The position numbers were made by a program, and so were the translations under genes. Shown piece after piece: positions 34,363 to 46,120 of a DNA stretch of 64,000 bases. A model generated the notes under the pieces. It was not told the origin of the DNA. It searched no databases and saw only the letters and a program-made list of their open reading frames with translations. Within the stretch, counting starts at the first letter, position 1. Each line of letters starts with the position of its first letter. The stretch comes from Mayamaea pseudoterrestris (lineage: Eukaryota). The stretch lies in NCBI GenBank assembly GCA_027923505.1, contig BROI01000006.1, positions 248,001 to 312,000 on the forward strand, given 5' to 3'.

Positions 34363-34821
34363 TGAGTATTCGGATGAGCTCTTCTTACTATAAAAGCAAT
34401 GGAAGCAGCCGTCAAACCTGAGCGTGGCGCGTTGGTTCGTTAAAGAGTGCGGTTCAAACGCAGGCTTGAATCTGATCGGCTGCGACGGCGCAACGCAGGA
34501 ACTCATTCCGAACAGCGAACACGACAGCCAATGCGCTCAGAGACGAGATAGAATTTTCCTTCACGCTGAGTGAGCAAGTCGTGCACGCTATTGATTAGAA
34601 GCACCTCCAAAGAGAGAGCTTTCTTGACAAAAGCCGACAGCAAAACTTGGAAGCTGCCCTCGATTTAATACGGAAACGGCTGTTGAGCGCGCAAGCCTCT
34701 CCATGGAAAAATAATTGCCTAAAATCCTAGCGGTACTTAACCGACATCTACGTGCTCCGTTCCAGCGAATTTCGGCACGGTCGAAGGTAAAAAAACAAAT
34801 TCTCCGGGATTAAAGATAGTT

Positions 34822-37800
34822 AACATTCTTATTTCAGGTGCGCTATAAGATAAGATGACTGCCCTGGTGTCTCTGTGGACTGCTTTGGTGATAACTTGTC
34901 ACCAGTCTCAGATGACATTCAAACACACCTACAGCAAGCCCTGTAGGTGCCCAAATTACACCAGCATGGGGCCAACATCATTATTCAGGCTGCGCTACAA
35001 GATGGTAGGCTTGCCTGGTGTCTCAGGGGATGGCAATGTATTTGGTGACAACTTGTCACCAGTCTCAGCCCGCAGATGCCATGACATTCAAACACACCTA
35101 CAGCAAGCCCTGTAGGTGCCCAAATTACAACTGAATGGTGCCAACATCATTATTCAGACTGCGCTACAAGATGATAAGCTTGGCTAATGTCTCAGGGGTT
35201 GGCAATGTATTTGGTGACAACTTGTCACCAGTCTCAGCCCGCAGACGCCATGACATACAAACACACCTATAGCAAGCCCAGTAGGCACCCAAATTACACC
35301 TGAATGGTGCCAAGATCATTATTCAGGCTGCGCTACAAAATGGTAGTTTTGCCTGGTGTCTCGGGGGATGGCAATGTATTTGGTGACAACTTGTCACCAG
35401 TCTCAGCCTGCAGATGCCATGACATTCAGACACTCCTACAGCAAACCCGGTAGGTGGCAAAATTACAACAGCATGGTGCCAACATCATTATTTAGGCTGC
35501 GCTACAAGATGGTAAGCTTGGCTGATGTCTCAGGGGTTGGCAATGTATTTGGTGACAACTTGTCACCAGTCTCAGCCAACAGATGCCATAACATACAAAC
35601 ACACCTACAGCAAGCCCTGTAGGTGCCCAAAATACACCAGAATGGTGCCAACATCATTATATAGGCTGCGCTACAAGATGGAAGGCTTGGCTGGTGTTTC
35701 AGGGGATGGCAATGTATTTGGTGACAACTTGTCACCAGTCTCAGCCTGAGATGCCATGACATTCAGACACACCTACAGCAAGTCCTGTAGGTGCCCAAAT
35801 TACAACAGAATGGTGCCAACATCATTATTCAGACTGCGCTACAAGATGGTAGGCTTGGCTGGTGTCTCAGGGGATGGCAATGTATTTGGTGACAACTTGT
35901 CACCAGTCTCAGCCCAAAGATGCCATGACATTCAAACACACCTACAGCAAGCCCTGTAGTTGCCCAAATTACAACAGAATGGTGCCAACATCAATATTCA
36001 GACTGCGCTACAAGATGGTAAGCTTGGCTGGTATCTCAGGGGATACCAATGTATTTGGTGACAACTTGTCACCAGTCTCAGCCCGCAGATGCCATGACAT
36101 ACAAACACACCTACAGCAAGCCCTGTAGGTGCCCAAAATACACCAGAATGATGCCAGCATCATTATTCAGGCTGCGCTACAAAATGGTAGGCTTGGCTGG
36201 TGTCTTGGGGGATGGCAATGTATTTGGTGACAACTTGTCACCAGTCTCAGGTCGCATATGCCATGACATTCAGACACACCTACAGCAGGCCCGGTAGGTG
36301 TCCAAATTACAACTGAATGGTGCCAACATCATTATTCTGACTGCGCTACAAGATGGTAAGCTTGGCTGGTGTCTCAGGGGATGGCAATGTATTTGGTGAC
36401 AACTTGTCACCAGTCTCAGCCTGCAAATGCCATGACGTACAAACACACCTACAGCAAGCCCAGTAGGTGCCCAAATTACACCAGAATGGTGCCAACATCA
36501 TTATTCAGGCTGCGCTACAAAATGGTAGGCTTGGCTGGTGTCTCGGGGGATGGTAATGTATTTGGTGACAACTTGTCACCAGTCTCAGCCTGCAGATGCC
36601 ATGACATTCAGACACACCTACAGCAGGCCCGGTAGGTGCCCAAATTACAACAGCATGGTGCCAACATCATTATTCAGGCTGCGCTAAAAGATGGAAGGCT
36701 TGGCTGGTGTCTCAGGGGATGGCAATGTATTTGGTGACAACTTGTCACCAGTCTCAGCCCGCAGATGCCATGACATTCAGACACACCTACAGCAGGCCCG
36801 GTAGGTGCCCAAATTACACCAGAATGGTGCCAACATCATTATTCAGGCTGCGCTACAAGATGGTAGGCTTGCCTGGTGTCTCAGGGGATGGCAATGTATT
36901 TGGTGACAACTTGTCAACAGATTCAGCCTGCAGATGCCATGACATACAGACACACCTATAGCAGGCCCTGTAGGTGCCCAGATTACACCAGAATGGTGTC
37001 AACATCATTATTTAAACTGCGCTACAAGATGGTAAGCTTGGCTGGTGTCTCAGGGGATAGCAATGTATTTGGTGACAACTTGTCACCAGTCTCAGCCCGC
37101 AGATGCCATGACGTACAGACACACCTACAGCAAGCCCTGTAGGTGCCCAAAATACACCAAAAAGATGCCAACATCATTATTCAGGCTGCGCTACAAAATG
37201 GTAGGCTTGGTTGGTGTCTCGGGGGATGGTAATGTATTTGGTGACAACTTGTCACCAGTCTCAGCCCGCAGATGCCATGACATTCAGACACACCTACAGC
37301 AGGCCCGGTAGGTGCCCAAATTACACCAGAATGGTGCCAACATCATTATTTAGGCTGCGCTACAAGATGGTAGGCTTGGCTGGTGTCTCAGGGGATGGCA
37401 ATGTATTTGGTGACAACTTGTCACCAGTTTCAGCCTGCAGATGCCATGACATTCAGACACACCTACAGCAGGTCCAGTAGTTGCCCAAATTACACCAGAA
37501 TAGTGCCAACATCACTATTCAGGCTGCGCTACAAGATGGTAGGCTTGGCTGGTGTCTCAGGGGATGGCAATGTATTTGGTGACAACTTGTCATGAGTTTC
37601 AGCCTGCAGATGCCATGACATTCAGACACACCTACAGCAGGTCCAGTAGGTGCCCAAATTACACCGGAATGGTGACAACATCACTTCTCAGGCTGCGCTA
37701 CAAGATGGTAGGCTTGCCTGGCTCCTCAGGGGATGGCAATGTATCTGGTGACAACTTGTCACCAGTCTCAGCCCGCAGATGCCATGACATTCAAACACAC

Positions 37801-40800
37801 CTACAGCAGGTCAGGTAGGTGCCCAAAATTCACCAGAAAGGTGCCATTATCATGATTTAGGCTGCGCTACAAGATGGTAGGCTTTGCTGGTGTCTCAGGG
37901 GATGGCAATGTATTTGGTGACAACTTGTCACCAGTCATATGAAATATTCAACAGATCGTCGACCCATACACAGAGGTAGTCGTAGCTGCAGATGCCATGA
38001 CATTCAAACACACCTACAGCAGGTCAGGTAGGTGCCCAAAATACACCAGAATGGTGCCAACATCATGATTTAGGCTGCACTACAAGATGGTAAGCTTGGC
38101 TGATGTCTCAGGGGTTGGCAAGGTATTTGCTGACAACTTGTCACCAGTCTCAGCCCGCAGATGCCATAACATACAAACACACCTACAGCAAGCCCAGTAG
38201 GTGCCCAAATTACACCAGAATAGTGCCAACATCATTTTTGAGGCTGCGCTACAAAATGGTAGGCTTGGCTGGTGTCTCAGGGGATGGCAATGTATTTGGT
38301 GACAACTTGTCACCAGTCTCAGCCCGCAGATGCCATGACATACAAACACACCTACAGCAAGCCCAGTAGGTGCCCAAATTACACCAGAATGGTGCCAACA
38401 TCATTATTCAGGCTGTGCTACAAGATGGTAGGCATGGCTGGTGTCTCCGGGGATGGCAATGTATTTGGTGACAACTTGTCACCAGTCTCAGCATGCAGAT
38501 GCCATGACATGCAGACACACCCACAGCAAGCCCGGTAGGTGCCCAAATTACACCAGAATGGTGCCAACATCACTATTCAGGCTGCGCTACAAAATGGTAG
38601 GCTTGGCTGGTGTCTCAGGGGATGGCAATGTATTTGGTGACAACTTGTCACCAGTCTCAGCCCACAGATGCCATGACATTAAAACACACCTACAGCAGGC
38701 CTGGTAGGTGCCAAAATTACAACAGCATGGTGCCAACATCATTATTCAGGCTGCGCTACAAGATGGTAGGCTTGGCAGGTGTCTCAGGGGATGGCAATGT
38801 ATTTGGTGACAACTTGTCACCAGTCTCAGCCTGCAGATGCCATGACATTCAGAAACACCTACAGCAAGCCCTGTAGGTGCCCAAAATACACCAGAATGGT
38901 GCCAACATCATTATTCAGGCTGCGCTACAAGATGGAAGGCTTGGCTGGTGTTTCAGGGGATGGCAATGTATTTGGTGACATCTTGTCACCAGTCTCAGCC
39001 TGAGATGCCATGACATTCAGACACACCTACAGCAAGTCCTGTAGGTGCCCAAATTACAACAGAATGGTGCCAACATCATTATTCAGACTGCGCTGCAAGA
39101 TGGTAGGCTTGGCTGGTGTCTCAGGGGATGGCAATGTATTTGGTGACAACTTGTCACCAGTCTCAGCCCGCAGATGCCATGACATTCAAACACACCTACA
39201 GCAAGCCCTGTAGTTGCCCAAATTACAACAGAATGGTGCCAACATCATTATTCAGACTGCGCTACAAGATGGTAGGCTTTGCTGGTATCTCAGGGGATGG
39301 CAATGTATTTGGTGACAACTTGTCACCAGTCTCAGCCCGCAGATGCCATGACATACAAACACACCTACAGCAAGCCCAGTAGGTGCCCAAATTACACCAG
39401 AATGGTTCCAAGATCGTTATTCAGGCTGCGCTACAAAATGGTAGGCTTGGCTGGTGTCTCGGGGGATGGCAATGTATTTGGTGACAACTTGTCACCAGTC
39501 TCAGCTAGCATATGCCATGACATTCAGACACACCTACAGCAGGCCCGGTCGGTGCCCAAAATACACCAGAATGGTGCCAACATCATTATTCAGGCTGCGC
39601 TACAAGATGGTAGGCTTGGCTGGTGTCTCAGGGGATGGCAATGTTTTTGGTGACAACTTGTCAGCAGTGTCAGCCCGCAGATGCCATGACATTTAGACAC
39701 ACCTACAGCAGGCCCTTTAGGTGCCCAAATTACACCAGAATAGTGCCAACATCATTATTCAGGCTGCGCTACAAGATGGTAGGCTTGGCTGGTGTCTCAG
39801 GGGATGGCAATGTATTTGGTGACAACTTGTCAACAGATTCAGCCTGCAGATGCCATGACATTCAGACAAACCTACAGCAGGTCGAGTAGGTGGCCAAATT
39901 ACAACAGCATGGTGCCAACATTATTTTTGAGGCTGCACTACAAGATGGTAAGCTTGGCTAGTGTCTCAGGGGATGGCAATGTATTTGGTGACAACTTGTC
40001 ACCACTCTCAGCCTGCAGATGCCATGACTTTCAAACACACCTACAGCAGGCCCTGTAGGTGCCCAAATTACACCAGAATAGTGCCAACATCCTTATTCAT
40101 GCTGCGCTACAAGATGGTAGGCTTAGCTGGTGTCTCAGGGGATGGCAATGTATTTGGTGACAACTTGACACCAGTCGTAGCCTGCAGATGCCATGACATT
40201 CAAACACACCTACAGCAGGCCCGGTAGGTGCCCAAAATACACCAGAATGGTGCCAACATCATTATTTAGGCTGCGCTACAAGATGGTAAGCTTGGCTGGT
40301 GTCTCAGGGGATGGCAATGTATTTGGTGACAACTTGTCACCAGTCTCAGCCCGCAGATGCCATGACATTCAAACACACCTACAGCAGGCCCGGTAGGTGC
40401 CAAAATTACAACAGCATGGTGCCAACATCATTATTCAGGCTGCGCTACAAGATGGTAGGCTTGGCTGGTGTCTCAGGGGATGGAAATGTATTTGGTGACA
40501 ACTTGTCACCACTCTCAGCCTGCAGATGCCATGACATTCAAATACACCTACAGCATGCCCTGTAGGTGCCCAAATTACACCAGAATAGTGCCAACATCCT
40601 TATTCATGCTGCGCTACAAGATGGAAGGCTTGGCTGGTGTCTCAGGGGATGGCAATGTATTTGGTGACAACTTGTCACCAGTCTCAGCCCGCAGATGCCA
40701 TGACATTCAGACACACCTACAGCAGGCCCGGTAGGTGCCCAAATTACACCAGAATGGTGCCAACATCATTATTCAGGCTGCGCTACAAGATGGTAGTCTT

Positions 40801-43800
40801 GGCTAATGTCTCAGGGGATGGCAATGTATTTGGTGACAACTTGTCACCAGTCTCAGCCCGCAGATGCCATGACATTCAGACACACATACAGCAAGCCCTG
40901 TGGGTGCCCAAATTACACCAGAATGGTGCCAACATCCTTATTCAGGCTGCGCTACAAGATGGTAGGCTTGGCTGGTGTCTCAGGGGATGGCAATGTATTT
41001 GGTGACAACTTGTCACCAGTCTCAGCCCGCAGATGCCATGACATTCAGACACACCTATAGCAGGCCCTGTAGGTGCCCAGATTACACCAGAATAGTGTCA
41101 ACATCATTATTCAGACTGCGCTACAAGATGGTAAGCTTGGCTGGTGTCTCAGGGGATAGCAATGTATTTGGTGACAACTTGTCACCAGTCTCAGCCCGCA
41201 GATGCCATGACATTCAGACACACCTACAGCAGGCCCTGTAGGTGCCCAAATTACACCAGAATCGTGCCAACATCCTTATTCATGCTGCGCTACAAGATGG
41301 AAGTCTTGGCTGGTGTCTCAGGGGATGGCAATGTATTTGGTGACAACTTGTCACCAGTCTCAGCCCGCTGATGCCATGACATTTAGACACACCTACAGCA
41401 GGCCCTTTAGGTGCCCAAATCACACCAGAATGGTGCCAAGATCATTATTCAGGCTGCGCTACAAGATGGTAAGCTTGGCTGGTGTCTCAGGGGATATCAA
41501 TGTATTTGGTGACAACTTGTCACCAGTCTCAGCCCGCAGATGCCATGACATTCAGACGCACCTATAGCAGGCCCTGTAGGTGCCCAAATTACACCAGAAT
41601 GGTGCCAACATCATTTTTTAGACTGCGCTACAAGATGGTAAGCTTGGCTGGTGTCTCAGGGGATAGCAATGTATTTGGTGACAACTTGTCACCAGTCTCA
41701 GCCCGCAGATGCCATGACATACAAACACACTTACAGCAAGCCCTGTAGGTGCCCAAAATACACCAGAATGGTGCTAACATCATTATTCAGGCTGCGCTAC
41801 AAGATGGTAGGCTTGGCTGGTGTCTCAGGGGATGGCAATGTATTTGGTGACAACTTGTCACCATTCTCAGCCCGCAGATGCCATGACATTCAGACACACC
41901 TACAGCAGGCCCTTTAGGTGCCCAAATTACACCAGAATGGTGCCAACATCATTATTCAGGCTGCGCTACAAGATGGTAGGCTTGGCTGGTATCTCAGGGG
42001 ATGGCAATGTATTTGGTGACAACTTGACACCAGTCGTAGCCTGCAGATGCCATGACATTCAGACACACCTACAGCAGGTCGAGTAGGTGCCCAAATTACA
42101 ACAGAATGGTGCCAAAATTATTTTTGTGGCTGCACTACAAGATGGTAAGCTTGGCTGGTGTCTCAGGGGATGGCAATGTATTTGGTGACAACTTGTCGCC
42201 AGTCTCAGCCCGCAGATGCCATGACATTCAGACACACCTATAGCAGGCCCTGTAGGTGCCCAGATTACACCAGAATAGTGTCAACATCATTATTCAGACT
42301 GCGCTACAAGATGGTAGGCTTGGCTGGTGTCTCAGGGGATGGCAATGTATTTGGTGACAACTTGTCACCATTCTCAGCCCGCAGATGCCATGACATTTAG
42401 ACACACCTACAGCAGGCCCTTTAGGTGCCCAAATTACACCAGAATAGTGCCAACATCATTATTCAGGCTGCGCTACAAGATGGTAGGCTTGGCTGGTATC
42501 TCAGGGGATGGCAATGTATTTGGTGACAACTTGACACCAGTCGTAGCCTGCAGATGCCATGACATTCAGACACACCTACAGCAGGTCGAGTAGGTGCCCA
42601 AATTACAACAGAATGGTGCCAAAATTATTTTTGTGGCTGCACTACAAGATGGTAAGCTTGGCTGGTGTCTCAGGGGATGGCAATGTATTTGGTGACAACT
42701 TGTCGCCAGTCTCAGCCCGCAGATGCCATGACATTCAGACACACCTATAGCAGGCCCTGTAGGTGCCCAGATTACACCAGAATAGTGTCAACATCATTAT
42801 TCAGACTGCGCTACAAGATGGTAAGCTTGGCTGGTGTCTCAGGGGATAGCAATGTATTTGGTGACAACTTGTCACCAGTCTCAGCCCGCAGATGCCATGA
42901 CGTACAGACACACCTACAGCAAGCCCTGTAGGTGCCCAAAATACACCAGAATGATGCTAGCATCATTATTCAGGCTGCGCTACAAAATGGTAGGCTTGGC
43001 TGGTGTCTCAGGGGATGGTAATGTATTTGGTGACAACTTGTCACCGGTTTCAGCCTGCAGATGCCATGACATTCAGACACACCTACAGCAGGTCCAGTAG
43101 GTGCCCAAATTACACCAGAATGGTGCCAACATCACTATTCAGGCTGCGCTACAAGATGGTAGGCTTGGCTGGTGTCTCAGGGGATGGCAATGTATTTGGT
43201 GACAACTTGTCACGAGTTTCAGCCTGCAGATGCCATGACATTCAGACACACCTACAGCAGGTCCAGTAGGTGCCCAAATTACACCAGAATGGTGCCAACA
43301 TCACTACATAGGCTGCGCTACAAGATGGTAGGCTTGCCTGGTTCCTCAGGGGATGGCAATGTATCTGGTGACAACTTGTCACCAGTCTCAGCCCGCAGAT
43401 GCCATGACATTCAAACACACCTACAGCAGGTCAGGTAGGTGCCCAAAATTCGCCAGAATGGTGCCAACATCATGATTTAGGCTGCGCTACAAGATGGTAG
43501 GCTTTGCTGGTGTCTCAGGGGATGGCAATGTATTTGGTGACAACTTGTCACCAGTCATAACCTGCAGATGCCATGACATTCAGACACGCCTACACCAGGC
43601 CCAGTAGGTGCCCAAATTACACCAGAATGGTGCCAACATCATTATTCAGGCTGCGCTACAAGATGGTAGGCTTGGCTGGTGTCTCAGGGGATGGCAATGT
43701 ATTTGGTGACAACTTGTCACCAGTCTCAGCCCGCAGATGCCATGACATTCAGACACACCCATAGCAGGCCCGGTAGGTGTTCAAAATACACCAGAATGGT

Positions 43801-44640
43801 GCCAACATCATTATTTAGGCTGCACTACAAGATGGTAAGCTTGGCTGGTGTCTCAGGGGATGGCAATGTATTTGGTGACAACTTGTCACTAGTCTCAGCC
43901 CACAGATGCCTTGACACTTAATTGCCCATATAACATGCCATGTATAAACCCAAATCACACCTGAATGGTGCCACTCTCATTATTTGGTATGCGCTGCAAA
44001 ATGGTATGCTTGACTGATGACCTAGTAGACTGCAATGTATTTGGTGATAACTTGTCACCAGTCTCAGCCCGCAGATGCAATGACATTCAAACACACCTAC
44101 AGCAAGCCCGGTAGGTGCCCAAATTACACCAGAATGGTGCCAACATCATTATTCAGGCTGCGTTACAAGATGGTATGCCTGGTTGGTGTCTCAGTAGACT
44201 GCAATGTGATTGGTGACAAGTTGTCACCAGTCTCAGCCCGCAGATGCCTTGACACTTAATTGCCCATATAACATGCCATGTATAAACCCAAATCACACCT
44301 GAATGGTGCCACTCTCATTATTTGGTATGCGCTGCAAAATGGTATGCTTGACTGATGACCTAGTAGACTGCAATGTGACTGGTGAGAACTACTCACCAGT
44401 CTCAGCCCGCAGATGCCATGCCTTTCAAATGCCCATACCTTGAGCCATGTGTATGCCCAAATGAAGCCAGCATGGTGCTAACATCCTTTCTTAGATGATG
44501 CGCTACCAGATATGTTGAGTGACTGGTGTCTTGGTAGACTGCAATGGGATTGTTGATAACTTGTCACCAGTCTCAGCCAGCAGCTGCCAGCCATTTAAAT
44601 GCCCATACATTGAGCCATGGCTATGCCCAAATCAAGCCAG
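34822..44640. repeat. 169-bp tandem satellite array, ~58 monomers (~9.8 kb)
   Basis: Strict 169-nt period of GGCAATGTATTTGGTGACAACTTGTCACCAGTCTCAG...; consensus ~51% GC by my count; degenerate monomers at both ends. Confidence 0.98.
37934..37985 (-). mobile_element. Short Ty1/copia-like reverse-transcriptase fragment inserted in the satellite
   Basis: Non-repeat insert (net +44 nt); the minus strand translates YDYLCVWVDDLLNISYD, matching the copia RT [Y/W]VDD motif context. Confidence 0.6.
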
Positions 44641-44744
44641 ACAGTTCTAGCCAATACAGTTCCTGTCACCTGGATGTCTCATTACTGCCAGACACAAATT
44701 TATTTAGATCTTGAAAAAGTTAACGTTGTGCCTAGCAAGTTGTA

Positions 44745-45717
44745 TTAGTTACTTTCACCGCCAAATATGCCTTGAATACCATCAAAAATGGATCCACCAT
44801 CCGGAGCTTTGGCATATGTTTCAAGATCTTCCTCCGTTGGTTGCTTAAGAAACTTCTTGTCCTTTATAAACCAGCATCTTTCATTCGCATTGCTTGAGGA
44901 TTGTCGAGCAATGTGAAAGTTTTGCCGTCAGTGTTCATGATCAGTACTTGTCGGGAGAATGGTCCCGAAATCGCGCTCTATGATATGCAAGGAAATTGAA
45001 TGGTGTTAGAATTTGTAGCTGACAACTTATACATGCTAAAACGAATGTTTGCATACGCGCGGCATGTGTCCTGACCTGTCCATTCTCAAAGGTTCTTCGT
45101 TGAATTTCAAGTTCATTCTTTTCGAAATTATCCTTGGTTTGTCTGCGCAGCTTTTCAATCAAGGCGCTTCCTTCAGCCGATAGTTCTGAATCGTCCGGCC
45201 CAGTCAATTCCTTCTTTATCAGCGTCACAGGGTCAGCAAAGTACTTTCTCGCCTTGTCATTGTCATTCTCGTCGGTTCGAACGACCGTCTCTAGACATGC
45301 GCCAAGTGGACCTCGCTTCTTGCAGATCTGCGTAAACGATAAACGCAATGAGGAACTAGTGAGCAAATCTGTAGCTACTCAACAGACTGCATGTTCATGC
45401 CTTTTTAACCCTTGAAAAGTGCGTCGTACCATGACATTTTCTCCAGTGTAGAGTGTCGGAGCCTCGACTTCGACGCCAATCTCTGACGCTACCCCTGGTT
45501 GCGAAACGATTGCGGAAGCGGCGACGAGTCCAGACACTATAACATTTCGGAAGAATTGATGTCTGCTAAGCGCGCTGTTGCCATGATCGCTAGATCTGGT
45601 TGATGCTGAATGAACGTGAAGTGATGGACTATTTCGAGGAACGTATGTTGTCGTAGAGAAGCAGTGCGCAACTGGTAGTAACGCCAAAATCCAAGTTTTA
45701 AATGTCCGGCTAGTCAT
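44745..45717 (-). CDS. Plastid-targeted hypothetical protein, 3 exons (45717-45430, 45327-45076, 44977-44745), with an apparent 1-nt frameshift near 44870
   Basis: Signal peptide ending VAHC|F followed by a transit-like region and a second hydrophobic stretch; CKKRGPLGAC motif; GT-AG introns. Confidence 0.65.
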
Positions 45718-45836
45718 TTTGATCTTGATACTGCAACAGGTGGGTGGAACGGAGCTGTCGGGATCGATGAATGTGGTGTATTGAAGCAAGGACTTCATCA
45801 TGGTCATCATGGTCGAATCGCGGTCGGAAGATGTTC

Positions 45837-45846
45837 ATGACGTCAT
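45837..45846. promoter_or_regulatory. ATGACGTCAT palindrome (CRE/bZIP-type site) in a divergent promoter
   Basis: Perfect 10-bp palindrome between two divergent plastid-protein genes; TGACGTCA also occurs in the upstream regions at 50376 and 61637. Confidence 0.4.
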
Positions 45847-46120
45847 TCACCGGTGCGACGCTCAAAGTACGTCACTCGTTCCGCGCTTTTTCAGGCGACA
45901 CCCATGCATGCGAGGGAACATGAAATGAGCCGATCCGCAAGCTGTTCGTCCTGCCTTACTCTCTCGATTGCCGATACGGTTATTAGCATATTCACAGCAC
46001 TCACGTTATTATTCGCGGCGAACACGAAGAGCCCTTTTTACTTGGCTTTTTTGGTGTAACTGCAAGACGTTTTAAGTGGCAGTTTGTCATCATCCGCTCA
46101 ACAACAGATTACTGTCGACA

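Noticed and set aside
34720..34822. Helitron or TIR ends flanking the satellite (CTAG plus small hairpins; GTTAAC at both sides)
   Set aside because: Hairpin spacing and target context do not fit Helitron ends, and no convincing terminal inverted repeats or target-site duplication were seen.
44010..44040. CTGATGA in edge monomers as a hammerhead ribozyme core
   Set aside because: No stem II followed by GAAA, and the motif is absent from the core monomers.
34855..44259. Dozens of ~88-aa ORFs (MSQGMAMYLVTTCHQ...) in the array, and a possible repeated 105-nt exon / 64-nt GTAGGC..AG intron gene
   Set aside because: The 169-nt period is not a multiple of 3. The candidate exon frame contains stops (AAC TGA, TCA TGA, CGC TAA) and 1-nt deletions in several copies, donor sites are mutated in some (GGAAGG), and variation is not biased to synonymous sites.
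34822..44640. CRISPR array interpretation of the palindromic repeats
   Set aside because: The sequence between palindromes is itself repeated rather than unique, there are no cas genes and the context is eukaryotic; only one unique insert exists.
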